Of a stretch of DNA of 64,000 nt, positions 1 to 11,406 are shown one piece after another. Every line of letters starts with the position of its first letter. Position 1 is the first letter of the stretch. A model generated the notes under the pieces. The model worked only from the letters and a program-made list of their open reading frames with translations. It was not told the DNA's origin and made no database searches. A program made the position numbers and the translations under genes. This stretch comes from Macrostomum lignano (Eukaryota): contig NIVC01002920.1 in the NCBI GenBank assembly GCA_002269645.1, forward strand, positions 1-64,000, given 5' to 3'.

Positions 1-329
1 ACCAAATTGGACAATTTAAAAGCCCAAACTGCACACACAGTAAGCCACACTATGGAAATAAGATTGAATGAACGCTTTGTGTGCACTTAGCCTACTGAGA
101 GACTACAGACCCTGTAGACTCTCGTCTCTACCCCCATCTCTTGGCAAACACGCGGCTGCTTAGAGAGACACGCCTTTTGTGGCCAAATGCTCTACTGTGC
201 AGGTGAGCGGGGGAGAGACAGGAGGAGACAGCAATGCATTAAAGAAGAACGGCGCAATAGCCAACTGGCAAATGCCACTCACTGGCTACCGCGTCTTTGG
301 AGAGCAAGCTCAGGCCAACAGTAGCAACA

Positions 330-3034
330 ATGTCTGTGAGTAAATTATCCCATTTTCGAAACTATAAATCATAAATCATAAATAAACTATAAATCAAACT
401 ATGAAACTATGCATCGGCATATAAGTATATAAATATTAAATTCTTAAGCATAATTGGATCATAATTAATAATCTCAGCTAAAATAGACACGCTTGTACAG
501 ATGCTTAGGGGCCGTAGCAACTCAGAGCTCGGCCAATCTCCCAGGCTTAAAGCATGGGAGGACATAAGGGGGGACAGAGCCAAAAATGAACATGTAAATT
601 ATTTCAAGACAAATAGTGTTGTTGGTACTCATTTTGGCGCCACAGGCACTCATTTTTGCGCCTCAAGCAGGCACTCATTTTGGCGCCTCAAGAAGGCACT
701 CATTTTGGCGCCTCAAGCAGGCACTCATTTTGGCGCCTCAAGAAGGCACTCATTTTGGCGCCTCAAGCAGGCACTCATTTTGGCGCCGCAGGCAGGCACT
801 CATTTTGGCGCCTCAAGAAGGCACTCATTTGGCGCCTCAAGCAGGCACTCATTTTGGCGCCTCAAGCAGGCACTCATTTTGGCGCCGCAGGCAGGCACTC
901 ATTTTGGCGCCTCAAGCAGGCACTCATTTTGGCGCCGCAGGAAAGCACTCATTTTGGCGCCTCAAGAAGGCACTCATTTTGGCGCCTCAAGCAGGCACTC
1001 ATTTTGGCGCCGCAGGCAGGCACTCATTTTGGCGCCTCAAGAAGGCACTCATTTTGGCGCCTCAAGCAGGCACTCATTTTGGCGCCTCAAGCAGGCACTC
1101 ATTTTGGCGCCTCAAGCAGGCACTCATTTTGGCGCCGCAGGCAGGCACTCAGTTTGGCGCCGCAGGCAGGCACTCAGTTTGGCGCCGCAGGCAGGCACTC
1201 AGTTTGGCGCCGCAAGCAGGCACTCAGTTTGGCGCCGCAGGCAGGCACTCAGTTTGGCGCCGCAGGCAGGCTTTCTTGCTCTCAAAACCAAGGAACTTAA
1301 TTTAAAATTACAGGATGCGGAGGAGGGCAACGCGGAGGAGGTCCTGGAGCTGACTGCAAGAAGAGAAACGTGAGCAATTAACAAAATGATTATCATAACA
1401 TAAGAATGTTAATCAACAACACAGCTACTCAAGCCGATTCCATTCGTTAACCTCTAGTGTTCCGCGAGACCTACAACGCGTTGAGCAAAGGCCGGGCGAC
1501 CTGCCGGTCAACCTGATCGGCCAGGCCCTGCGGATGAACAACCAGTGCCCCACCGAGGCTGAGCTACAGAAAATCATCGAGGATCACCGCGATGAGGATG
1601 CCGTGGATCCAGGTAAAGTTCCTGTGGTTGATTATTGTCAAAACAATCTTAAATCTTAAATGCTCACTTTTTAAACCAAGGGCCGGCTAACTCCCGCCCA
1701 GGGGCCACATGCGGCCCGTGAGGCCTCTCTAACCGGCCTTCGGGTCCTTTGAAACTTCAAATAGGTTTGTGTCTCTTCTCAGCTCTCTCAGCTCTCAGCT
1801 CTCTCTCCTCTCCCCTCTCCTCGCTTTCTTCCTCTCCCCTCTCCTCTCTCCTCTCCTTTCCCCTCTCTTCTCTCCCCTCTGCTCTCTCCCCTCCTCTCCC
1901 CTCTCCTTTCTCCCCTCTGCTCTCTCCCTCCTCTCCCCTCTCCTCTCTCCTCTCTCCCCTCTGCTCTCTCCTCTCCTCTCCCTCTCCTCTCCCCTCTCCT
2001 CTCCCCTCTCCTCTCCCCTCTCCTTTCCCTCTCCTCTCCCCTTTCCTCTCCCTCTCCTCTCCCCTCTCCTCTCTCCCCTCTCCCCTCTCCTTTCTCTCCT
2101 CCTCTCCCCTCTCCTCTCTCCCCTCTCCCTCTCCCTCTCCTTCTCCCCTCCTCTCCCCTCTCCTCTCCCCTCTCTTTTCCTTTCTCCCCTATTCCCTCTA
2201 GTCTCTTCTTCCGTGGAAAATCTGGCCCTTTAAGTTAAAAAAATTTCCAGACCCCAGTTTCAAACCCACGACTTTGTTGCAGGTGTTGACTTTAAATTCC
2301 TAAAAGATTGAAGTACCTTAGTACTTGGCTGAAAATTGAACGTATGCATTTCAAACAGAATGAGTTACTGAAAACCTATGCTATCCTTGTTGAACTCTGC
2401 TTAATAACAGACGAAATGCCCAAAGTGGACTTTGAAGAGTTCTGCACCATCATGAAAGAAAACTGGAAGACGCGCGACCAGCTGGAAGACCAGCTGAAGG
2501 CCGCTTTTGCCACCTTCGACAAGGCTGAGAGCGGCATCATCGAGGCCGAGGACTTCAAGAACTGGATGATGACACTCGGCGAGGTGTTGGAAGAGGGCGA
2601 AATCAATGAACTGCTAAAAGATGCTGGCACTCTCGATGGAAAAGTTCCTTACGATCGTGAGTTTGAAGTATTGTTATTTGATAAGTTATTTGAATCTCAA
2701 TAACTAACAGTGGAGTACTATTGCAATGGGAAGTTACGGGGAGTCATAAGCTGATGTTGTTGACTATTGCAAGGATCTGTCAGGTACGAGCTAGATAATG
2801 ACCGATGAATCATGCAGAATCACGTACTCTCCCCCCTCGTCTCCCCTCTCCTCTCCCCTCTCCTCTCTCCCCTCTTCCCTCTCTTATTTATGAAGAGTTA
2901 TTTTTCAAATCTCTTCAGAATTCGTTCCGCACCTGCTCGACGCCTACGGTCGTCCGGCCTCTAAAAAGCCGAAGGGCTCCGCCAAAAAAGGTGGCAAAAA
3001 GTCAGCTGCAAGTTCCGGCAAAGGAAAAAAGTAG
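330..3034 (+). CDS. Calmodulin/myosin-light-chain-like EF-hand protein, 5 coding exons, Lys-rich C-terminal tail
   Basis: Exons 330-335 (ATG TCT|gtgagt), 1314-1369, 1458-1612, 2411-2656 and 2919-3034 have GT-AG boundaries and consistent phases. The product contains LIGQALRMNNQCPTEAELQKII (cf. calmodulin LGQNPTEAELQDMI), KVDFEEFCTIM, AFATFDKAESGIIEAEDF, LGEVLEEGEINELL and GKVPYDQFV, and ends KKGGKKSAASSGKGKK*. AATAAA at 3162-3167. Confidence 0.8.
624..1270 (+). repeat. 25-bp minisatellite (caggcactcattttggcgcctcaag) in intron of the EF-hand gene
   Basis: About 25 tandem units with variants (cgcag/ctcaag, cagtttgg). It explains the repetitive ORFs at 501-1373, 616-1305 and 656-1300. Confidence 0.95.
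1677..2257. mobile_element. Non-autonomous hAT-like element carrying an expanded polypyrimidine (ctctcc) tract
   Basis: Left end caagggccggctaact followed by gggccacatgcggcccg; right end aaaaatttccagaccccag. Near-identical 8-bp flanks ttttaaac (1669-1676) and tttcaaac (2258-2265) are consistent with an 8-bp TSD. Confidence 0.55.
1770..2210 (+). repeat. Polypyrimidine low-complexity tract (ctctcc/cctct)
   Basis: Almost purely C/T for ~440 bp; a short copy sits at 2830-2882. Confidence 0.95.
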
Positions 3035-3324
3035 CTGTTGCACTGGAGAAAGAACACTTATGTCAATGCATAAGAGCATTGATATGTCTAAGAACTTTCC
3101 CACTTGATGTTTTGTAATTTCAACAAACAATATCCTTGCTAATATTTGCGTACTGCATTCAAATAAACACTGCCGATCAAAAAGTAATATTTTTATAAAC
3201 GTATTTTTGGTCGCCAACGACGAGTACACTACGATATCGAAGCCTCAGTTTTTTTAATGCACCAGAAGATTTTGTTTGACTCAGCGAGTTTCTCAGTCTC
3301 GTAGATTTTATGTAGTCACCAAGT

Positions 3325-3760
3325 TTCCACGGGTTTCAGTGGGTTTCATTGCCGTGGGATTCATTTGGTTTCATTGGGTTTCCGTGGGTTTCAGTGAGTT
3401 TCAGTGTGTTTCATTGGGTTTTCGTGGGATTCCTTGGGTTTCAGTGGGTTTCAGTGAGTTTCAGTGAGCTTCAGTAGATTTCAGTGAGTCTTCAGTGAGT
3501 TTCACTGAGTTTGAGTGAGTTTGAGTGAGTTTGAGTGAGTTTCTGTGAGATTTACAGAGTTTCAGTGAGTTTCGATGAGCTTCAGTGAGTTTCAGAGGGC
3601 ATCAGTGAGTTTCAGAGGGCATCAGTGAGTTTCAGAGGGCATCAGTGAGTTTCAGAGGGCATCAGTGAGTTTCAGAGGGCATCAGTGAGTTTCAGAGGGC
3701 ATCAGTGAGTTTCAGAGGGCATCAGTGAGTTTCAGAGGGCATCAGTGAGTTTCAGAGGAC
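3325..3760 (+). repeat. Degenerate 10-bp repeat grading into a perfect 20-bp tandem (atcagtgagtttcagagggc)
   Basis: Degenerate gtttcagtga units from ~3325; identical 20-mers at ~3581-3760. Confidence 0.9.
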
Positions 3761-3774
3761 ATCCCTGGATTTTA

Positions 3775-3898
3775 CTGACTGGGACTCCACTGCCTGTGAT
3801 GGCATTCCACTGACTGGGATTCTACTGCCTGTGATGGCATTCCACTGACTGGGACTCCACTGCCTGTGATGGCATTCCACTGACTGGGATTCTACTGA
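3775..3898 (+). repeat. 35-bp tandem repeat (actgactgggactccactgcctgtgatggcattcc)
   Basis: About 3.5 copies visible. Confidence 0.85.
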
Positions 3899-4451
3899 GG
3901 TGTCCCGAGCAGCGGTGTGTCACCTTGTTTTTGCATGCAGTCAGAGAGAGCACCGAATCAAGATAGACAGCGGAGTTTTTTTACAACAGTTGCGTCAGTT
4001 GCCTTTCCTATTGGCGGTGAAGCAAGTCATGCATGTGTGCTGATATCACATAGTCAATTTTTTATCCTGTGCAAACATAAACTCATGCACCCTGTTTGCA
4101 CTGCGAGAATGCTGCATCGCTTACACAAGCCGAGTGAGTGCTTCCCTGATCATGTTTGTCCAGCAGGCACTCATGGTCTGATCCGCGCAAGAGGATCACG
4201 CCAGTCAGTGCCAGTGTAGGTGGATGGTGGAATGATTAGACGTACTACTGTTAAAGAACATTTGTCTGGAATGGATCACGCCATATTCTCTCTCATAATT
4301 CTTGCAAAACTCTATAGCTTACAACATTAGCTGCTATGATATAATTTCGAGTGAAGATATATATAATTACTCATTCGTTTGATCAAACTGAAACCAAGCT
4401 ACATATGAGCATAATTCTCTTAAAATTGGTCTATTTTTCAAGACGAAAAAA

Positions 4452-4730
4452 GTTGATTGTAGCCGAGTGGTAAGAGCGTTAGACTCATGACTTGAAAGTT
4501 GGGGGTTCTATTACCGATCCCTCTGGAAAAATTTGTGTCCTTTAGCAAGACACTTAACTCTGCATTGCTTCAGTTCACCCAGCTGTAAAATGGGTGCCAG
4601 CATTAGCTGAGGTAATTGAGGGTGTGTGTGACAATCCCCCAGTCCTTGGACTAAACAACAATAGCTGCGGCTGAGCTGTCGGTTGAACATCTGGCCCAAC
4701 TGGGGCAGGTGTAATCAATTATTAATTATT
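4452..4730 (+). mobile_element. tRNA-derived SINE with CORE-like central domain (family A, copy 1)
   Basis: A-box tagccgagtgg and B-box-like ggttc. The central tgtgtcctttagcaagacacttaactc...cttcagttcacccagctgtaaaatggg resembles the MIR/CORE consensus. Tail ggcaggtgtaatcaattatt. Three further copies in the window. Confidence 0.8.
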
Positions 4731-5059
4731 AAAATTTGTAGATTTGGTGTAACAAGTTTAGAGTTGTGACAAAAATTCAGTGATTGAAAGCGTTCGATAG
4801 ACAGTTTTTTACATTTGTAGTTCAAGCCGAACTTTTAATTAGCCGTAAATACGTGTTACTTTAAAGGCCTGTCTGGTCGCGCCCTCATTGGTCCTTATAA
4901 CCAATCACGTGTGGGGAAGAAGATCACGTTTGCCCAAGATGGAGGAGAAGTCGGGCCAGCGAGTCAACAATGATAGAGTCGTCTGACCAAAAATGATAAA
5001 TTAGGTAGTATCGATGCTTGTTTTAATTCGCTGCAACTTACGACTCGACTACGACTCGT

Positions 5060-6034
5060 ATGGCTATTGAGGATTACTTCCGTTTCGCACTCATTAGCAT
5101 CTTGGGCCTGTCGATGGTGCTCAACTGCGTGTTCATCGCCTTCACTGTGCGAAGAAAGATCGGCACCCGACTTTGCAACATCCTGCTGCGCTCTCAAGCT
5201 TTTATCGACCTACTTCTCATGTGCGCAAACATTTGCGTCATACAGCTGCGGAGCTATCTGCCAGAGTTGAGCCAGTCCTTGCCAGATTTTGTTTGGCATG
5301 TCTATTGCAAGCTGTATATCAGTCATGTTCTATACTGGAGCCTCGTCTGCATGAGCGTTTACAATATTCTCTGCATCTCTATAGAGCGCTGCATCTGCAT
5401 CTGTTGCCCGTTCTGGTACCGAGTGAACAAGCGCAAGCTGCTAGCGATCCTGGCTCTTATCATTGCCGCTGCTCCACTTCTTGTTGAAGGGCCATACTGT
5501 TTGATTTCAGTAAATATTGTCTTAAGTCAAGTAGATAATGACACATTTAAAAAGAAGTGCTTGTACACTTTCTACGACCAGCCAGCAGAAAAACTTGTTG
5601 CCATCGCATATGTGACGCTATTCTATGTCTTGCCATTCTTTATAATCGTTGCGCTGTACTTGTGCATCCTTTGTCGCTTTCGACGATCAGCAAATCTGCG
5701 GGAGACGTCGGCTGGAGGTGGCGGGAGGGGCATCAGCGCTGCGGCAAAAAAATTGACTCTGACTATTGGCGTCACTGCGACAGCTTTTATACTGCTATTT
5801 TCCTTGGATAGTGTCACCTTCTTTCTGTATAACGTTGGAACTGGAATCGATCTGGGACCATTCTTTGGCCAGTTGGATTCATTTTTGGTGAGCATGAATA
5901 GCGCGGTAAATCCACTAATCTACCTGGTCTTCATGCCGGAATTTCGGCGCTTTCTGACGCGTCGGGATTGTCGAAGCTCAGCAGCTCAGAGAAACGGAGG
6001 GAGCGCTCCGGGGATTCCGGAATGTCTAACCTAG
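5060..6034 (+). CDS. Intronless class A (rhodopsin-like) GPCR, copy 1
   Basis: 324-aa ORF with 7 hydrophobic segments, TM3 SIERC (DRY variant) and TM7 NSAVNPLIY (NPxxY). Confidence 0.92.
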   Translation: MAIEDYFRFALISILGLSMVLNCVFIAFTVRRKIGTRLCNILLRSQAFIDLLLMCANICVIQLRSYLPELSQSLPDFVWHVYCKLYISHVLYWSLVCMSVYNILCISIERCICICCPFWYRVNKRKLLAILALIIAAAPLLVEGPYCLISVNIVLSQVDNDTFKKKCLYTFYDQPAEKLVAIAYVTLFYVLPFFIIVALYLCILCRFRRSANLRETSAGGGGRGISAAAKKLTLTIGVTATAFILLFSLDSVTFFLYNVGTGIDLGPFFGQLDSFLVSMNSAVNPLIYLVFMPEFRRFLTRRDCRSSAAQRNGGSAPGIPECLT

Positions 6035-6399
6035 GCTTTGATTTACCGACTGGAAGTGAACTATGCAAAAAGATTATTGTCTTAGAGATTTTTTGGCAAG
6101 TTTTTAAGTTGAACACGAAACTACGGCTTTCTGCGACAAACAAAGTTTATAAAGTGTCTTAGTAAATATTCTGACTAAGAAAATTTTTTTAGCGGAGCTT
6201 GTCTTTTAATTGATCAAGCGTTTAGAAAGTAAAAGTAAGTTCTTATTCTCTTTCAGCTTCTTTTCTCGTTAGATCTTTCTGGTTAGACATTCAATTATTA
6301 TAATATTACTGTACCTGCTATACTGAATATCACGTGTTTGTTAAGTGATAGTTACGAAGTAAATCATTTCTACTTGTAAGTGATAATTACTTCTGCCTG

Positions 6400-7900
6400 A
6401 TATCTACACGTTGTCAGTTTGTTTTACCAGTTTGTATACGTTCGTAAATGAAGGAGATAACCAGCATGTTTTCAATGCCAATGCATTTCATCCACAATGG
6501 ACATCGTCAGGGCTTACTAAATTTATTAAAGGAAGTGAAAGTTTTTGCTCTTATATATTGACTTGAACAATTGTAATATTTGACATAGGATTAAAAACTA
6601 AGTACAAAACTGGGTACACAAGTTTGGGTGAAAGGCTTTTACATATCAAAACAGTCCAGTCCGGTTATTGAGCGAACTAAAAAAAGTTAAAGTTGACGGC
6701 TAGCACCTCCCATGGCAAGCTGATTGTTCAGAGTAGTTTGTTGGGCCTTAATGTGCATAGCGTCTAATAAGCTAAGTTTGTTATCGTTCTTACAAAATTC
6801 TATAGTCAATCATTTCGTATGGTTCAGTGTCACAGCAGCTCTTGCAGGTGAGCAAATGTTCATTAATGGCAGATTTTTTAGCCGGTGTTCTCTAACCCTC
6901 GTGTACAGGTGTCGTTTGGTCTTTCCTATATAGGAAATGCTCTTGTCATCAGAGCAATTAAATTTGTAAACAAAACCTGCAGCGAGAGGTCGGGGAACAC
7001 TGGATTTCAGATTGTTCTGTTTGAGCCATAGAATTCTAGATAATATGGAAGTGAAGGCTTTTAAAAAGGGTTTGAAAATTTTACATAACCGGGCCGACTG
7101 TTTTTTCTTATTCCGTCTGACAAAACTGGGCCGTTGCTTCCCATAAAAGGGGTGTTGAGTGAGGGCCAATGAAATTTGGATGCTTGAATAGGAGCACTGG
7201 GCCGTTGTACATAAGTCCGAAACAATTTTTTAGGGTTATGGGAATGCGCTTTGTAGAGATAGAGATAACTGCCATTTGAGTGCACGGGTGAGGGCTGTAT
7301 AAATGTGCTTAAGGAAGGGGATTCGAAAAGGAACATTTCTATAAATAGTTCACTGTACTCGCTACCCTCTGCAAAAGGAGCACGGGACCATGGTGGGACA
7401 GGATATGATGCGGGTAAGAGAAAGAAACTGTACATTTATATGCGCAAGTCTTTGTTGTGTTGGTAAGATATAAGAAAACTTACAGAGGAGTTGCCAGAGG
7501 AAAAGAGCAGCTCTGCTTTTTCCACAGCAGGTTTCAGTCACACCAAGAGCTTCAAAATCTACCAGGCTTCCTTGCAGATTGCAAACGCTGGTTCGGACGG
7601 TACCGTGGCGTTAAGCCTCCTTGGTTAATTCTTTCGCAGGAACGTAGAAGGGGCTTCGTTCACGTATCGTTCATCGTCAACAGCAACCAGCAGTTCGTCA
7701 CAGGCTCGACAGTTTTTTGCACTAAAATCGACTTGGCGGAACTTGCCTGCGACGTAGAAAGTGACGACGTGATGTCATCAGCATCGCCTATTTCTCCCAC
7801 TGCCTCCAGTTCGAGCTCAGTTTCATTGACTTCTTAATCTAGGCCTCAGGTGCTGCTTGATGATTTCGCTGCAAGGTAATGAATCTCCTGAGGCGCAACT
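6400..7900 (-). mobile_element. Degenerate Penelope-like retroelement (GIY-YIG endonuclease plus RT C-terminal remnants)
   Basis: ORF 6810-7169(-) contains VYKFNC...SYIGKTKRHLYTRVREH, the PLE GIY-YIG signature. The hammerhead motif lies downstream. Confidence 0.8.
6477..6513 (-). ncRNA. Minimal type I hammerhead ribozyme motif associated with a Penelope-like element
   Basis: Minus strand reads gcc-CUGACGA-U-GUCCA-uug-UGGAU-GAA-AUGCAU-U-ggc: core CUGANGA/GAAA, 5-bp stem II, palindromic minimal stem III and 3-bp stem I. It lies just downstream of the GIY-YIG ORF. Confidence 0.65.
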
Positions 7901-8299
7901 GGCTGAACTTCAGAAGCGACACTGAGCGGATGGCTTTCTCGCTTAGGCCCTTTCTTTTACAGATTTTCCAGTCGCGCACGTTTTTTACACCAGTAAGATA
8001 GTAGAGCTGTCAGTCTATTATCCGATCTGAGACTGGATCTCGGCTGCAATCTCTCTTGTGCCTACCGATTGTGCTCGACTGCTCGCCCTCACGCTATGAA
8101 TATGCCAGAGCGGAACAATAGATTGAACAAAAATTCCTGTCTCATTTCACTGCTTGCCCTGATTTTCAGAATTATATTCAAGCGCCCTGGCGGTTTACGA
8201 GCTAGGTGACTTTTTTGAATGCTCTTTGGATCAATCACGCTGAAAGTCAACTTTAAAGCCAGCTTTAAAGGCTTTTGCTTTTCAATGTTCACAGATTAA

Positions 8300-8890
8300 C
8301 CGAGGAGGCTAAAAGGTACAGTCAGAACCAGCGTTTGCAATCTGTAAGAAAGCCTGGCAGATTTTGAAGCTCCAGAGCAGTAGCAGGCTTTTAAATTCAC
8401 AGCACAGGCACACCATTCTGTTTGAGTCAGCATGCTCACTGCTCAGCTATAGCCTATATTCGAAAATCTACCAAAATGCAATTCCAAACGCATTCTTAAA
8501 GATCAGCAAAAGTCAGCATATTATTTTGCAACTGATCTGCCGCAAAATGTTTAACGCAGCTGCTAAAGCTGGACTCGGCGACTATTAAGCCAACCAGCTA
8601 GCTCTACCAGGAAATTATTGCGAAGTGAATTTATTGCTGCTTTTTCTATTGGACTTAATCATCAAAATAGAATTTTAACTATATTAACAAAGTAAAATAA
8701 TTGTAATGATGATTGAATGAATTGAATTTCTTAATTTGAACTCAAATTTATTTCTTGATCAGAAACAGAAAAATCATTGTTGGAATGAGATTCAATGGGA
8801 ATCCTACACTCACGTATTTTCAAGTCGGCCCGGTTATGTAAAGATCCAAAAAGCCTTCACTTCCATATTATCTAGAATTCTATGGTTTGA
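8300..8890 (+). mobile_element. Inverted partial copy of the Penelope-like element
   Basis: 8305-8372 is a reverse-complement match to ~7546-7625, and 8820-8890 to ~7022-7100. Confidence 0.65.
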
Positions 8891-9438
8891 GCTAAGTGAT
8901 TTATACGAGCCATAAAGTTAAAGCCACCAAATGTTAGCTAAAGAAGGGATTTTTTCAGTACAGTTGGAAGAAAAATAGTCAATACAGAAGTCAAAAAGCC
9001 TGCAGTAAGTATAGCTTTTTAGCTGGATAAAGCTCGTTTAACGTTTCTAGAGACAAAGGATTTATTGTAGAGAAAGTTTCAGATGGATCAGATCAAAGGA
9101 CGGCACTTTTGAGTTTATTTACGAAGAAGTCTTTGTTAGGCCCCGGATTTTCGGACCAATCAAAGCAGTTTGGAAATGTTTTTCGATCAAATTCCTAAAC
9201 AGAAACCTATTAAGACACGCTAATTGGCCTCATTTTAGCATTGAGATGCAGAACTGAATTTAAAAAATCATTGCCCACAACTATGAGCTCGTTATTGAAA
9301 GAATTCACAGATCTAAAAGGTCTGCCACGCCCAAAAATCGATCGATTCATTAATTGCACAGCAAACAAAGAACCGGAAATAGGGTATAAAAATCTCAAGT
9401 ATCGCCAAAAATTTTCCCCAGCACTGAAACACTCGAAG

Positions 9439-10447
9439 ATGTCACTCGCAGACGACTTTCGCATCGCCCTCATTGCCATCCTGGCCATGTCTATTGTATT
9501 CAACGCATTATTTGTCGTCTTTACCGTGCGCCGGAAGATCGGGAGTCGACTCTGCACCATCCTGCTGCGCTCTCAAGCGGTCATTGATCTGCTTCTCATG
9601 AGCGCCAACATTCTGGTCATTCAGTTTCGTACATACGTACCTGCGCCTAGCCAGTCAGCGTCTGATGTTGCCTGGCTGATCTACTGCAAACTTTACCCTA
9701 GTCAAGTGATTTACTGGAGCCTGGTCTGCATGAGCGTCTACAACATTCTCTGCGTTTCAATTGAGCGTTGTATTTGTCTTTGCTGCCCATTCTGGTACAG
9801 ATTGAACAAGCGAAGGCTCCTTACCATTCTCGCCATTGTCATTGCAGTTTCCCCATTCCTGGTAGAAGCCCCGTACTGTCTAGTTACGAGAAACGTGGTC
9901 TACACTGACAATGGAAATGGAACAGTATTGAAGAGTTGTATTTACAACTTTATCAATGCGCAAGGAGAAAAAATAGTTGGTATATTGTACGTGACGCTGT
10001 TCTGGATTGTTCCATTCTGCGCTATCGTGGTCCTGTATTTATGCATCATCCACCGAATTCGTCAGTCATCTAGCATGAGAGTGATTTCAGCTGGTGGTAG
10101 TAGCGGCAACGTGAGTACGGCGGCCAAGAAGCTGACCTTGACAACTGGGGTCACGGCAGCAGCTTTTGTGCTGCTATTCGACAGCGTCAGTGGACAGCGT
10201 CACATTTCTGCTGGGCAACATCGAAATTCGAATCGTATTATCCCCCTTCTTTGACCAGCTTGACTCGTTTCTGGTTAGCATGAATAGCGCAGTGAATCCG
10301 CTGATCTACCTGATCTTCATGCCGGAGTTTCGCAACTTTCTTCAATGCTCAAGTCGCTCAACAAAGGCATCCGAGACTGACAAAACCCGAAACAAGCCGG
10401 TGGTTGCAAACTCCGCCACAGAGATGACGCAGATCTCTCCTGGTTGA
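9439..10447 (+). pseudogene. Intronless GPCR copy 2, frameshifted in TM6
   Basis: ATG at 9439 (MSLADDFRIALI) aligns to the paralogue starts. TM1-TM6 lie in ORF 9241-10254; DSVTFLL...NSAVNPLIY continues in another frame (10166-10447). Net +7-nt change at 10181-10190. Confidence 0.85.
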
Positions 10448-11406
10448 TCTAGCTAAGCTGCGTATAACAATTTCTGAACCGAAAGTAGCAACCAAAAGTA
10501 GCACGGATTTTTTATAGTACATAAGTCTTCTTCTATGTACTCGTAGGTTTAGCTGACTAACTATCTGAATACATATTTTTGACTACATTAAACTTGTGTG
10601 TAGCTAGTACTAAATAAAAGATCTCGAACTGGTTTCGAAGGTAACTGACAAAACACTCGTGTAGACATTGTATTTTACTGACTTTGAGACTCTTTTAGAA
10701 GTGATTTTGTAAACTTTAAAAGTTTGTTTGAATTGAGAATCTGTATGCATAACATCAGTGCGATAAATTATGGGAAACCTTTGAGGCAAAACTAACGATA
10801 CTACTGATAAATAGAAACAGCATGCAGCAATAAAGTCAAAATTTTTGGATATTGTAAAAATGGTATCTAGCAAGAACGTAGATTATTGATTTGCCAACTA
10901 AGATATTCTCACCCTCGCCGAATCTTCGTGAAAATTTCCTGTCTATAGAACTGAGTGAGGCCGTGTCTTGACAGCACATGCTCACGATCAGGAGTAGCAT
11001 TGTGAAGTAGAAGTGCAAACATAGCTAGAGTGGATTGTTTGTCACTCTGCCGACATGATATACAAAACTGCAATTCTTCAGGGTAGCCAGTACTACAAAA
11101 CTCTATCAAATATTGAACCTATTCCTCTCATAAGTACAAGCTATGGGTGGATCAGTGGATGATGGATAAGCAAATAGGATCGATTAGAAACAGAAAAGGG
11201 TAACTCAGCAAACATTAAAAATTGCTTCCTTTTGACTTAAGTGGAATATGGAAACGCAAATAAGTATCGCTGTATCCTATAAGTATCCGTTATTAAAGTA
11301 CCTTGAGAACTCACTCTCCCCGCAACAGATACATATATATACGAATATGTACAATTGTATTCATGTACTACCATGAAAACCTAGGAAACAGAAAAAAAAG
11401 TGTACA

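Noticed and set aside
501-1373. 290-aa repetitive ORF
   Set aside because: It is read-through of an intronic 25-bp minisatellite; only 1314-1369 is exon.
1749-2233. Ser/Pro/Leu-rich ORFs
   Set aside because: Translation of the intronic polypyrimidine tract.
4452-4520. tRNA genes at the SINE heads (also 44000-44067)
   Set aside because: No complete cloverleaf; each is followed by a SINE body and tail.
9241-9438. 66-aa N-terminal extension of GPCR copy 2
   Set aside because: It starts at TTG, and the paralogues all start at the position equivalent to ATG 9439.
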